64,000 nt of DNA, from assembly GCA_963841435.1 (NCBI GenBank), contig CAWJCS010000006.1, positions 1,024,001 through 1,088,000 of the forward strand, read 5' to 3'. Of this stretch, positions 26,990 to 37,652 are shown one piece after another. The stretch is from an uncultured delta proteobacterium (GTDB taxonomy: Bacteria > Myxococcota_A > Polyangia > Polyangiales > Polyangiaceae). Made by a program: the position numbers and the translations under genes. Every line of letters starts with the position of its first letter. The stretch's first letter is position 1. The notes below the pieces were generated by a model, which saw only the letters and a program-made list of their open reading frames with translations, searched no databases and had not been told where the DNA came from.

Positions 26990-28000
26990 CTAAAAGAAAG
27001 GGTAAGGCAGTCCGCGACCCCCGGTGCCACGCCAGGCGTTGGCCGTCTGTTGGATGATGGGGATGCGGAGCGCGGGCGATGGGTGACTGCGCTCGAAGCC
27101 GAACAGGATGTCGGCGGGCGTCAGCTGGTCCAGGCCGCTGAAGAACTGCATGGTGAGGAGCGCGCCACCCTCGGTGAAGTGATAGCCGTTGCGTCGCGCG
27201 CCCGCCGTGAGCGCGTCGTTCAGGCCCGACACGTCCGCGGCGATCTCGTTCGGCTGGTTGAAAAGGGGTACGGTGTCGGCGAGCACGCGACCGATCTCGG
27301 CGGCCGGCAGCGCGCCCGCGCCCGCGCAGGGCAGGTGCCCGAGATAGTGGTGGGCGAGCTCGTGACCGAGCACGAAGGCGATCTCTTCGTCGAGCACCTC
27401 GCGTTGGCGCGCGAGCTTTTGGGGATTCTGATCCATGGCCGGGTCGAAGAAGCCCGCCGGCGGCCGCACGATCGGCCGTTTCGGGCGCTGGTCACGGGCG
27501 ATGATCGCGATGTACTCGCCCACCTTGTTGGTTCGAAAGAGCTCGTCGATGGCCCTCGCGCGCGCCAGGTGGGCCTGGATGTCGAAGAGCCCGTCGGTGA
27601 CGGCCATCGCCGCGCGTCCGTCGCGCGTGCAGGTCGCGAACGCGTTCACCTCGCCGGGCGAGCCGTCGACGACGAGCGGGATGTTGGCGACGCGGCCGTT
27701 CTGCAAGGGCGGCAGCGCGGCCACGAGCTCCGCCAGGATGCCGCTCGCCTCGGTGCGCAAGAAAGGCAGATCGACGTTGTTGATGGGGTCGGGGCCCGAC
27801 GGCGCGACGGCGACGGGCGGCATACCCGTCGTCACGGGAGCGCCCGGCTGGGCCGGGTAGCCGGGTGACGGTGCGGGCGCAGCGTACTGCGGCGCGTAGG
27901 CGGGCGGCGGCGCCTGGTTCGAGCTGCTCTTGCAGCCCGACGAAAGGAGGGTGACGAGCCCGAGGCCGAGCGGCGCGAAAGGGAGGTGCGGACGACGCAT
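26990..28000 (-). CDS. M48-family zinc metallopeptidase lipoprotein
   Basis: Lipobox SSGC; VNAFA, VLGHELAHH, EIAAD, SHPS..LR. Confidence 0.85.
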   Translation of the reverse strand: MRRPHLPFAPLGLGLVTLLSSGCKSSSNQAPPPAYAPQYAAPAPSPGYPAQPGAPVTTGMPPVAVAPSGPDPINNVDLPFLRTEASGILAELVAALPPLQNGRVANIPLVVDGSPGEVNAFATCTRDGRAAMAVTDGLFDIQAHLARARAIDELFRTNKVGEYIAIIARDQRPKRPIVRPPAGFFDPAMDQNPQKLARQREVLDEEIAFVLGHELAHHYLGHLPCAGAGALPAAEIGRVLADTVPLFNQPNEIAADVSGLNDALTAGARRNGYHFTEGGALLTMQFFSGLDQLTPADILFGFERSHPSPALRIPIIQQTANAWRGTGGRGLPYPFF

Positions 28001-28035
28001 CGACGAACCTTGGGACCGGGCGCAGGATAGCCGGC

Positions 28036-29199
28036 GTGCCACCCAACCGCACGCCGTTCCTCAACCGTCGCGCGGAGCCACAGTTCGTGGATGGAAACTG
28101 CGTCACTCTGCTGCGCGACGGCGCCGAAGCGTACCCGGCGATGCTCGCGGCGATTGCCGGCGCGACCGAGCAAGTGCTTTTCGAGATGTACTGGCTCGGG
28201 TCGGACAAGGCCGGCCACTCGTTCGCCGACGCCCTGATGGCGGCGGCGCGGCGCGGCGTGGAGGTCGCGCTCGTCTACGATGCGATCGGCAGCCTGGGGA
28301 TCGACGGCGCGTTCCTCGAGGAGCTGCGTCGGGCGGGTTGCTTCGTGGCGGAGTTCGGGCCGCTCGCGCCGTGGCGTCCTCGCTTTCGCTGGGAGGGGCT
28401 CGCGCGCCGCGATCACCGGAAGATCCTGATCGTCGACGGCGAGATCGGCTTCACGGGCGGTATGAACGTGGCCGACGCCTGGCTGCCCCTGGACCAGGGG
28501 GGTCAGGGCTGGCGAGACGACATGGTGCGTGTCGAGGGGCCGGCGGTGCGCGGCTTGGTGAACTGTCTGTTCGCGGCCTGGCGGCGCGCCGGGGGCCCGC
28601 CGCTCGGGCGCACGCGCCGCTCCGACTCGGGACCCCCGAAAAAGGCGGAGGATCAGCAGGTTCGCGTGCTCGGCGAGAGCTATTTTCGTTCGCGTCGGCA
28701 AATCTCCACGGCGTACCTCCAGGCGTTGCACGGTGCTTCGCGCACGGCATGGATCACCAACGCGTATTTCGTCCCCGATCGCTCCGTGCGCCACGCGCTC
28801 GTGGGCGCCGTGCGGCGCGGCGTTGACGTGCGCGTGCTCATGCCGGCAAAGAGCGACGTTGAAGTGGTGCGCTACGCGAGCCGCGGGACGTGGAGCCGGC
28901 TCCTGACGCGCGGCGTGCGGCTCTACGAATGGCTGCCGAGCGTGCTCCACGCGAAGAGTGCCGTCATCGACGGGCACTGGAGCACCGTCGGCACGTACAA
29001 CCTCGACTATCTGTCGTTGCGCTCGAACCTCGAGGTCAATGTCGCCGTGCTCGACGCTCGTTTCGGCGCCGAGATGGAGCGTTCGTTTCTGCGCGACCTC
29101 GAGCAGTCGCGCGAAGTCGATCTGGCAGGCTTCCGGCAGCGCCCGCCGCTCGACCGTGTGCTCGAGCACGTCGCCTACCGCTTTCGCAAATTCCTGTGA
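28036..29199 (+). CDS. cls: Cardiolipin synthase (ClsB-like, phospholipase D family)
   Basis: Two HKD motifs: HRKILIVD and HAKSAVID; no N-terminal TM helices. Confidence 0.9.
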   Translation: MPPNRTPFLNRRAEPQFVDGNCVTLLRDGAEAYPAMLAAIAGATEQVLFEMYWLGSDKAGHSFADALMAAARRGVEVALVYDAIGSLGIDGAFLEELRRAGCFVAEFGPLAPWRPRFRWEGLARRDHRKILIVDGEIGFTGGMNVADAWLPLDQGGQGWRDDMVRVEGPAVRGLVNCLFAAWRRAGGPPLGRTRRSDSGPPKKAEDQQVRVLGESYFRSRRQISTAYLQALHGASRTAWITNAYFVPDRSVRHALVGAVRRGVDVRVLMPAKSDVEVVRYASRGTWSRLLTRGVRLYEWLPSVLHAKSAVIDGHWSTVGTYNLDYLSLRSNLEVNVAVLDARFGAEMERSFLRDLEQSREVDLAGFRQRPPLDRVLEHVAYRFRKFL

Positions 29200-29242
29200 G
29201 CGCCGGGCGGGACGGCGCCTCGCGCCCGGGTATACTGCCGGA

Positions 29243-30407
29243 GTGACGAATCAGGCGCCGATCGAAGTGCACACGCACGGTTCGATCCGCGAAGTGGGCG
29301 AGCACGCGTATCGCTCGCTCGTCACCGCCGAGACGCCGCCGTTCTTGCGCTTCGAGTGGCTCGACGCGCTCGAGCGCACCGGTTGCGTGACACCGGAACG
29401 CGGCTGGTTGCCGATGCACCTCACGCTGCACCGAGACGGGGAGCTCGTCGGCGTGGCACCCGCGTACGCCAAGGGCAACAGCGAAGGCGAGTTCGTGTTC
29501 GACCACGCCTGGGCTCGCTTCGCCGAGGTCGAGCTCGGCGTCAGCTACTACCCGAAGCTCATCGTCGCCGTTCCGTTCACGCCCGCGACGGGGCCGCGCC
29601 TGTTGCTCCGTGCGGGGGAGGAGCGTGCGCCCCTCGCGTCGGCGTTCGTTCATGCGCTTTCCGCCGTGACGGAGCAGGCCGGGCTCTCGGGTGCCCACGT
29701 GCTGTTCCCCCGCGAGGAGGAGGCGCGTGGCTATGCCGAAGCCGGCATGCTCGAGCGCCACGGTGTGCAATTTCATTGGCACAACGCCGGCTACGACACC
29801 TTCGACGCGTTCCTCGGGTGCTTCAACTCCAAACGGCGCAATCAGAATCCGCCGCGAACGCCGCGCCGTCGCCGAACGCGGCGTCGTGCTCGAAGCGTTC
29901 ACGGGCACGGACCTCGACCCGTCGCTCGCCGACTTCGTGTATCGCTTCTACGTCGCAACGGTTGACAAGTTCGCGTGGGGGCGCCGCTACCTGAATCGCG
30001 CCTTTTTCGAGGAGGTGCTCGCGACGATGCCCGACGCGCTACACGTCATCGTGGCGAGCGAGAGCTCGAGCAAGAAGAAGCTCGGCGGCGCCTTCAACCT
30101 GCTGGGACACGACCGGCTCTACGGTCGCTACTGGGGCGCGCTCGCCGAGGTGCCGTTTTTGCACTTCGATGTGTGCTTCTACAAGGGCATCGAGGAGGCC
30201 ATCGTGCGCCGGCTCGACGTCTTCGAGCCCGGCGCGGGCGGCGAGCACAAGGTGGCGCGCGGCTTCGAGCCCACGGTGACGTGCAGCGTGCACCACCTCG
30301 CCGACCGGCGCCTCAGGGCCGCCGTCGCCGATCACGTGCGGCGCGAGCGGCGGGCCGTCGACGAGCACGTCGATCACGCCGACTCCGTGCTCAGGCCGCT
30401 CGGCTGA
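29243..30407 (+). CDS. FemAB-like/DUF482 GNAT-family protein; +1 frameshift near 29846
   Basis: First frame PPFLRFEWL..LE..GC, K.NS.GEFVFDHAWA, YYPK...VPFTPATG, QFHW; second frame IRRERR, LYGRYWG, LHFDVCFY, FEPGAGGEHK.ARGF. Confidence 0.85.
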
Positions 30408-30458
30408 GACGCGCGCTCGTGCGCGATGGGCCGGCGCGCGGGCAGCGCCCGCCTCGCA

Positions 30459-31100
30459 TCAGTCGCGGACGAGCGGCGTCGTGACGGCGAAGTGCCAGGA
30501 CAGGAACACGAGCCCCGAGGCCTCGCGGCCGCTCTCCGGCGCGTACCACCCGGCGCGCGCCTCGAGCCAGGGGCCGCTCGCCCGCGCCAAGAGCGGGACC
30601 CCGAAGCCCAGCGAAAGCTCCAAGCCGGCGTGGCTCGCGAAGTGCTCCCCGGGCGGGTCGAGCAGGAGCACACCGAGGCCGAGCGAGAGCGAATCGAGCG
30701 TCAGGTCGAGCAGGGCGGGCCCGTGCTCGGCGGCCTCGGAAAAGCGCAGCAAGAAGAGCGGCTCGAGCTCGAGCCCGAGGCCGAGTCGTCGCTCCACGGC
30801 GCGCGCGCCGAGCGACTCGGTGTATCCGAGGTACGGGCCGGCCGTCGAGTACCAGTGCGCCGCGGCGCGCAGCGAGGGGCCCGTGTCGCCGGTTGCGAAG
30901 AAGGTGCTCACGCCGACCCCCATTCCGAGATCGAGGTCGCCGTCGAAACGGCCGTAGACGCCGTCGCCCTCGACGCGATCGAGGTCGGGGTGGCGCGGCC
31001 CGCCGACGTGCGACGTCGTGTGCGTGCCGAACGCGCTTTCGTCCGAGGCGATTGCCGGCGGCGGTAGCGCCCCGAAAAAGAGCGCGGCGACGCCGATCAT
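30459..31100 (-). CDS. Hypothetical secreted, probable small outer-membrane beta-barrel protein
   Basis: Signal peptide; DGVYGRFDGDLDL; alternating amphipathic strands. Confidence 0.65.
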   Translation of the reverse strand: MIGVAALFFGALPPPAIASDESAFGTHTTSHVGGPRHPDLDRVEGDGVYGRFDGDLDLGMGVGVSTFFATGDTGPSLRAAAHWYSTAGPYLGYTESLGARAVERRLGLGLELEPLFLLRFSEAAEHGPALLDLTLDSLSLGLGVLLLDPPGEHFASHAGLELSLGFGVPLLARASGPWLEARAGWYAPESGREASGLVFLSWHFAVTTPLVRD

Positions 31101-32491
31101 GCGCGCACCGCGCCCAGCACGGCCTCGCGAAGCTCGGGCGCGAAAACCAGACGCACGCGCTCCATTTCCTCACCGCGCAGGCGGCCGAGTAAAAACGACG
31201 CCTCGGCGAGCGGGCGCGTGCGCTCGCCGGGCAACACGACGAGCAACGGGTCGTCGCCATCGTCGAAGGCCACCGTCGAGGCCACGTCGAGACCCACGTA
31301 GACCTGCGGGTCGAACCCGGACGTCTCGACCGCCTCGCGCGCGGCTTCGAGCGCTTCGAGCCGGCCGCGCGGCGTCTTGTGCTCACCGTGCAGCTCGAGC
31401 GTCTTGAACAGGCGCCGCCGGTGCAGCCGATCCACGAGGTCGGCGAGCACGGGGTCCTTGGCGTCTCGCCAGGCCGAAAGCGCGACCCACAACGACGGGT
31501 CGTCGAGCGCGAGGTAGTCGCCGAGCGAGGCCTTGCCGTCGCGCGCGAGCGAGATTAGGCCGGGCGGCGTTCCGGGCAGGCGTGCGCCGTCGGCGAGCAG
31601 CTGGTGGGCACGCTCGAGCACGCGCGCGAGCATCCATTCGCAGGCCCGCTCGGTCTTGTGAAAGTAAACCTGCTGGAACATGAAGAGCCGCGCGAGGAGA
31701 AACGACTCGATGGCGGGGATGCCCTTTTCCCCGTCGATCGCCAGCGGCGGCGCCTTGCTCTCGGACTCGGGGATGCCGAAGCGCAAGCTACGCAGCAGCC
31801 AGTCGAGGTCGAAGCGCCCGTAGCCGACGCCCGTCGCGTGCGCGTCGCGCAGGAGGTAGTCGCAGCGGTCGACGTCGAAGGTGCCACTCACCGCTCGCGC
31901 GAGGAACGTCAGCTCGTGCTTTCCCGCGACGAGCTGGGCGACGCGCTCGGGCAGCGCGCTGTCGATGCCGAGCAGGATCCGGTGCACGTCGGTGCTGGGG
32001 TCGAGCACGATGCGCCGAGTCCAGGTCTCGTGGCGCTCGGAATCGGGCAGCACCTGCTCGAACAGGTGCGAGAACGGTCCGTGGCCGAGATCGTGAAGCA
32101 GCGCGGCCGCCAGGGCTTCGCGCGCCCGCTCGGTGGTCACGCGCTGCCAGAAGGGGAGCGCCTCGTGGATGCTGCGAAGGCGCGCGAGCAGGCGGGTCAT
32201 CACGAACGCCGAGCCGATGGCGTGGGAAAACCGGGTGTGATCCGCCCCCGGGTACGCGAACGAGGCGAGCCCGAGCTGGCGGATCCGGCGAAGGCGCTGC
32301 ACCTCGCGCGCCTCGAGCAGCAAGAAGACAATCTCCTCCTCGGGGCGCTCGAAGGAGACGAGGCCGTGCACGGGGTCGCGCAGGATCACGATTTTGCCGG
32401 GAGTGTAGTCGTTGGCCCGTTCTCCAAGAAACCCCGAAAGGCCCGAAAGCGAGCGTGCCGGCAGGCTTCGTTGCCGAGAAGGAACGTTCAA
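31097..32491 (-). CDS. HD-domain phosphohydrolase (SAMHD1/YwfO-like dNTPase family)
   Basis: RDPVHG, QRLRRIRQLG, HTRFSHAIG, LLHDLGHGPFSH, DVDRCDYLLRD, QVYFHK; true start may be near 32389. Confidence 0.9.
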   Translation of the reverse strand: MNVPSRQRSLPARSLSGLSGFLGERANDYTPGKIVILRDPVHGLVSFERPEEEIVFLLLEAREVQRLRRIRQLGLASFAYPGADHTRFSHAIGSAFVMTRLLARLRSIHEALPFWQRVTTERAREALAAALLHDLGHGPFSHLFEQVLPDSERHETWTRRIVLDPSTDVHRILLGIDSALPERVAQLVAGKHELTFLARAVSGTFDVDRCDYLLRDAHATGVGYGRFDLDWLLRSLRFGIPESESKAPPLAIDGEKGIPAIESFLLARLFMFQQVYFHKTERACEWMLARVLERAHQLLADGARLPGTPPGLISLARDGKASLGDYLALDDPSLWVALSAWRDAKDPVLADLVDRLHRRRLFKTLELHGEHKTPRGRLEALEAAREAVETSGFDPQVYVGLDVASTVAFDDGDDPLLVVLPGERTRPLAEASFLLGRLRGEEMERVRLVFAPELREAVLGAVRA

Positions 32492-32581
32492 TCGGCCGGT
32501 CGCTCTCGACAGCGGCCGAAATAGTGCGTAACTTTCTCCGGATATCCCTGTTTGCGGGAAACGCCCGCGCGGGGTCGGACC

Positions 32582-34807
32582 ATGGCGCGCACCACCATTC
32601 CTCCCCCCTCCCGACCGCTCCGGCTGGTGGACCTGCTGCGTCAGCTCCCGGATACGGAGCTCGAGTCGCTCGTCACGCGCCTGAAGATCCGCGTGGATGG
32701 AGCCAAGCGCATCGACACGGCGTCACAAGTGGCGCGCGTTTTACTTCAACTGCCCGAGCTCCGGGACCCCGGTATCCTACCTGGACCTACCCGTGAGCTC
32801 CTCTATCGGATCGCGGAGGCCGGCGGTGTCCTGCTCGCTCGGTCGCTGCCGGCCGCCGTCGAGCCGCTGGTGCACCGGGGTGTGGTGTTCGCGCGGGGCC
32901 ACGCCGACGGCGTCGAGCTGGTCCTGCCCGTCGCCCACCTCCTGCAGCTCAAGCCCTGGGAGGGTGAGGACCCCCGCGGCGCGCGGGCGCTGCTCTGGCA
33001 GGCCCACTCGGACGTCGCGTCGAGCATCGCGTCTCACTACCTCGGCCGCCCGGCCACGCCCCCGCTCGCGCTCTGCCTCGAGCCGGCCTGGGAGGTGCTC
33101 TACGACCTGCCGCGTCTCGCGCGCGAGGTCGAGGAGCTCGCGCCGCTCGAGCGCAAGCTGCTCGCCGCCGTCGAGCAGGTCGGCGGTGAGGTGGAGACCG
33201 AAGAGCTTCTGGACCTCGAGCGCGAGCCGCTTCGCCTGCGCGGCGCGATGGGCGCGACGCCCTCCCGGCGCGGGGTGGGCTTTGCTCTCGAGCGCCGAGC
33301 CTTTCTCGTGCCGGTGCACCCGAATCGCCACATCGTGCCCACCGAGGTCGCGATGGTGGTGGGGGCGCAGCGCCGGCTCGAGCGCGAGGCTCACCGCAAG
33401 GAAATCCGGACCTTCGTGCTCGGTGAGGATCACGCGCCGCGCCGTGCGCGCTTCGCCGAGGATCCCGCGCCGCTCTCGCTCGCGCTCGCGCTCGCGGTGC
33501 GCGATCCGGGCGTCGACGTGCGGCCCGGCATCGGTACGCCCCGTTCGCTGATCGCCAAGCTTGCCTCGCGCTTCGGCAAGGACTCCGATCACGTCGCTTT
33601 CATCGCAGCGCTCGGTCGCGCCATCGGTCTCTGGGATCCGTCGGCCATCGGCATCGCCTCGCCGCCCGGTGCACTGCCGGTCGCCGAGCTCGGTCGCGCC
33701 CTGTTCTCGGCCTGGCGCCGCGGCGGCGCCTGGGACGAAGCGCGCCCCGACGGCGAGGTGCTGCGCGCATCGCCCGAGATGCGCGAGTCGAGCGCGGCCG
33801 GCGTCATTCGCGATCTCGTGCTCGAGGCGCTTCAGGAGCTTTCGGACGGGCGCTGGGTGCCCTGGGAGGCCGTGGCCGCCTACGTGCGTTCCGACTCACG
33901 CACGCCTGGGGTCAAGCGCCTCGTCGAGCGGTGGGCCGCTCGCGCCGGGCTCGAGGCTCCGCTGCCCGAGGAGATTGCGCGACGCGTGGCGCTCGGTAGC
34001 CTGCACTTGCTCGGCGCCGTCAACCTCGGCGACCCCGAGGACGAAGAAGCGATGGGTCCCACGCTGCGCATCACGCCGCGCGGCCGCGCGTACCTGCGCG
34101 ATTCGGGCGAATCGCGGCCGTCGGGCGAGGCGAGCCGCTTCCTCGATCATCAAGCGCTGCGTATCGGCTCGGGCTCTCAGGTCGGCTCGGTGATCGCCCT
34201 TGCGCCGCTCGTCGAGGTGGGTGCCGTCGGCTCGGCGCTCGACGTGCTCGTGACGCCGCAGACGCTTTCGCACGCGCTGAGCGCCGGTTTCGAGGCGGAT
34301 GTCTTGCAGGCTCGTCTCGAGACGCTGGCACAGCTGCCCGACCCGATCGCGCGCAGTTTGGCTCAAGCGAGCGCCGTGCTGGGTCGCGGTGAGTTCGTCG
34401 CGACCGCCGGTTTTCTCTGGGTTGAAGATCCCGAGGTGCGGGAGCTGTTGCGGACGCGTCGGCAAACGGTCAACCTCTTCATCGATCCGTCGCCGCCGTC
34501 AGGCCTGCTCGTGCAACCGGGCGTCGATCTCGAACGTCTCGCTCGGCGCTGCCGATCGCTCGGGGTCGAGCTCATGGTTGGCGGCGAGCCCTACCGCGCG
34601 CGCTCGGTGCCGCCGGGCAAGGGCAGCGGCGCGAGGCGTCTCGAGTCGAGCGGCACGCTGCCGGCCATCCGCGCCGTGCGCGCGCCGTCGTCGGGGTCGA
34701 GGCAGGCCGCTCGGCGACAGGCTGGAAGTGCGAACGAGGCGCTGCCGGCTGCGCGGCGCGAAGAAGTGGTCATCGCTCCGCGCGACAAGCGCGGCGCCGG
34801 CGAGTGA
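32582..34807 (+). CDS. Helicase-associated (XPB/Ssl2 N-terminal, Helicase_C_3-like) domain protein
   Basis: Winged-helix-like segments, [20 protein letters not shown]...L.RLE..A.LP; family assignment from pattern recall. Confidence 0.55.
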   Translation: MARTTIPPPSRPLRLVDLLRQLPDTELESLVTRLKIRVDGAKRIDTASQVARVLLQLPELRDPGILPGPTRELLYRIAEAGGVLLARSLPAAVEPLVHRGVVFARGHADGVELVLPVAHLLQLKPWEGEDPRGARALLWQAHSDVASSIASHYLGRPATPPLALCLEPAWEVLYDLPRLAREVEELAPLERKLLAAVEQVGGEVETEELLDLEREPLRLRGAMGATPSRRGVGFALERRAFLVPVHPNRHIVPTEVAMVVGAQRRLEREAHRKEIRTFVLGEDHAPRRARFAEDPAPLSLALALAVRDPGVDVRPGIGTPRSLIAKLASRFGKDSDHVAFIAALGRAIGLWDPSAIGIASPPGALPVAELGRALFSAWRRGGAWDEARPDGEVLRASPEMRESSAAGVIRDLVLEALQELSDGRWVPWEAVAAYVRSDSRTPGVKRLVERWAARAGLEAPLPEEIARRVALGSLHLLGAVNLGDPEDEEAMGPTLRITPRGRAYLRDSGESRPSGEASRFLDHQALRIGSGSQVGSVIALAPLVEVGAVGSALDVLVTPQTLSHALSAGFEADVLQARLETLAQLPDPIARSLAQASAVLGRGEFVATAGFLWVEDPEVRELLRTRRQTVNLFIDPSPPSGLLVQPGVDLERLARRCRSLGVELMVGGEPYRARSVPPGKGSGARRLESSGTLPAIRAVRAPSSGSRQAARRQAGSANEALPAARREEVVIAPRDKRGAGE

Positions 34808-34862
34808 CCCCCGAGCGCTGGTCTCGAGCTCGACGAGCCTTCCGAGACTGCTCGAGTCGAGG

Positions 34863-36122
34863 CTAGGCGCCGAGGCGCTTTCGCAACCAGTCTTCGGCTC
34901 CGGGGCTCGGGCTCACGTGCACCACGCGGCCTCCTCGCACGAACACCTCGGCCGGGAGTGGGCGCCCGTTGTATTCGCTCGCCATCACGAAGCCGTAGGC
35001 GCCAACATCGCGGATCGCGACCAGCGCGGGTGGCGTCGGGCCGAGCGGGTGCACGCCGAAGTCGTCCGCGCTTTCGCACACGGGACCGACGATACGCCAC
35101 TCGTCTTCGCCGGGCGCGTGCTCGAGCGGCTCGATGCGGTGCTTGGCGGCGTAGAGCGCGGGGCGCAAGAGGTCGTTCATCCCTGCGTCGATCATCACCC
35201 AGCGTCGCGCGTCGCTCACCTTCGTCTGCAGCACGTTCGCCACGAGCACGCCGAAGGGGCCGACGAGCGCGCGGCCAGGCTCGATGACGAGTGTGAGCTC
35301 GCCGAGCCCCTCGTTCGCGAGCAGGCCGAGCGCCGCGCGGACGAAGGCGCCCGGCTCCTGAGCCGGGGCCCCGCCGTAGTCGATGCCGAAGCCGCCGCCG
35401 AAGTCGACGTAACGGAGTGGCGTGCGCGCGTGTCGCTCCCGAGCGATCGAAACGACGACGCGCGCCGCCGCGAGGTAAGGCTCCGGATCGCGCAGCATCG
35501 AGCCGACGTGCGCCGAAACGCCGACCGCCTCGAGCTCGGGGCTGGCGTCGGCGACGGTCCAGGCACGCGCCACGTCGCTCCGGGGTATCCCGAACTTGGC
35601 GTCGTCGTGACCCGTCGCCACGTGCGCGTGGGTGTCGGCTGCGACGCCGGGGTTGACGCGCAGGGCGACGCGCGCCGTCCGGCCCAGCGCCCGTGCCCGG
35701 CTCGCGACCCGGACGAGCTCCTCGACGCTTTCCACTTGAATCGCCATGATTTCGCGCGCGACCGCGAGATCGATCTCCGCGTCCGTTTTTGCCACGCCGC
35801 TCATGACGACCCGCGCGGGCGTGATCCCCGCCGCCATCGCGAGCTCGAGCTCGGCTCCCGAGACGACGTCGGCCCCCGTGCCCTCCGCGGCGAGCGCGCG
35901 CACGACGCTCCCCGCGCTATTGGCTTTGACGGCGTAGGCCGTCAGGTGCGGGGCGCCCCCGAAGGCGGCCTCGAGCGCACGGGCAGCGGCCGCGAGGCCG
36001 TCCAGGTCATAGAGGTACGCGGGTGTCGAGACACCCGCCTGGCGAAGCAGGGTGGAAAGTGGCGCACCGCCGAAACATGCGGCGCCTTGCGCATCGCGTC
36101 GAAAGCCCGAGGGGTGAGTCAC
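34863..36122 (-). CDS. lysA: Diaminopimelate decarboxylase
   Basis: TPAYLYD, YAVKAN (PLP Lys), [41 protein letters not shown]; start approximate. Confidence 0.93.
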   Translation of the reverse strand: MTHPSGFRRDAQGAACFGGAPLSTLLRQAGVSTPAYLYDLDGLAAAARALEAAFGGAPHLTAYAVKANSAGSVVRALAAEGTGADVVSGAELELAMAAGITPARVVMSGVAKTDAEIDLAVAREIMAIQVESVEELVRVASRARALGRTARVALRVNPGVAADTHAHVATGHDDAKFGIPRSDVARAWTVADASPELEAVGVSAHVGSMLRDPEPYLAAARVVVSIARERHARTPLRYVDFGGGFGIDYGGAPAQEPGAFVRAALGLLANEGLGELTLVIEPGRALVGPFGVLVANVLQTKVSDARRWVMIDAGMNDLLRPALYAAKHRIEPLEHAPGEDEWRIVGPVCESADDFGVHPLGPTPPALVAIRDVGAYGFVMASEYNGRPLPAEVFVRGGRVVHVSPSPGAEDWLRKRLGA

Positions 36123-36236
36123 GTCATAAAAGGGGGCGAGGTGGGAGGAGAACCTACCCCATTTCGTCGGGGCGTGTGGCATGCTGGTTTCGGATTCTGC
36201 CCGACACGAACGTTTGCGGCAGCTCGTCCACTCTTC

Positions 36237-37635
36237 ATGATTTCTCGTCGAGCCAAGATCGTCTGCACCATCGGTCCCGCCGTGGAGACTCGCGAGAGCA
36301 TCCGCGAGCTCATCGAAGCGGGCATGGATGTCGCCCGCTTAAACTTCTCCCACGGCGAGCCCGCCGACCACCAAAAACGCCTCGAGCTCGTGCGCAGTGA
36401 AAGCAATGCGCTCGGCAAGCCTGTGGCGATTTTGCAGGACCTCTGTGGGCCTGAAATACCGCACCGGCAAGCATGGCCCCGCCTCGCTCACCGCGGGCGA
36501 CTCCGTCGAGCTGGTCTCCGGAGACGGCGACGACCAGACCATCGGCGTCGAGTACCAGGGTCTCTCGGAGGACGTGCGGGTCGAGGACCGTATCTTGTTG
36601 TCCGACGGACAGGTCGAGCTCCGGGTCGTCGGGATCCGCGGCGACCGCGTCGAGGCTCGCGTGGAGCACGGCGGTCCGATGCGCGCCCGCATGGGCGTCA
36701 ATCTCCCGTCGGGGAGCCTGAAGCTCGGGGCGCTCACGGAGAAGGACAAGCGCGACCTCGAGTTCGGTCTCTCGATCGGCGTCGACTACGTCGCGCTTTC
36801 GTTCGTGCGACGCGCCGAGGAGGTGCAGGAGCTGCGCGAGATGTGCCAGCGCTTCGGCCGCCCCACGCCCATCGTCGCAAAGATCGAGACACCGAACGCC
36901 GTGGAGCGCCTGGATTCCATCGTGCGCACGGCGGACGCCGCCATGGTTGCACGCGGCGATCTCGGCGTGGAGCTGCCGCCGGAAACGGTGCCCGTCATCC
37001 AAAAGCAGATCATCGGCACCTGCCGCATCCACCGAAAGCCCGTGATCGTGGCGACCGAAATGCTCCAGTCGATGGTCGATTCTCCGCGGCCCACGCGCGC
37101 GGAATCGAGCGACGTGGCGCACGCCGTGTTCGGCGGCACGGACGCCGTGATGCTCTCGGCCGAGACGGCCACGGGAAAATATCCCATCCACGCCTGCCGC
37201 ATGATGGACCGCATCATCCGCCAGGCCGAGGCGAGCCGCTTCTTGAACCTTGCGGCTTCCGAGCCCGACCACACGACGCCCGACGCCATCGCCCACGCGG
37301 CCTGCTCGATCGCGCGCGAGGTCGGGGCGAAGCTCATCGTGGCGCTCACGGAGACGGGCGTCACCGCGCGCCTCGTGTCGAAGGCGCGGCCACCCGTGCC
37401 CATTCTCGCGTTCTCGACCGAGGAGAACGTGCTGCGAAGGCTCGCGCTCTACTGGGGCGTGCAGCCGCGCTCGCTGGTTGCCAAGGCCAATCTCGAAGAT
37501 CAAGTTCGTGACCTCAGTCAGGTGCTCACGGATCGCGGAATGCTGAAATCCGGCGAGCGCTACGTCATGGTGTACGGCGCACGCGTGGGCGTGCGAGGTG
37601 CCACCAACGCCGTGAGGGTCGAGCAGTTGCCGTGA
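36237..37635 (+). CDS. pyk: Pyruvate kinase; +1 frameshift near 36459
   Basis: [69 protein letters not shown]. Confidence 0.93.
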
Positions 37636-37652
37636 CGGGAAGGTAGGAGCCG

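Noticed and set aside
36177-36192. TGGCATGCTGGTTTC as a sigma-54 promoter for pyk
   Set aside because: It lacks the conserved GC at -12.
34299-37511. 1070-aa plus-strand ORF
   Set aside because: A composite of lysA antisense, the pyk N-terminus and out-of-frame pyk sequence created by the frameshift.
37644-37646. Pyrrolysine decoding of the in-frame TAG
   Set aside because: No pyl genes in the window and TAG ends many genes here as a normal stop.
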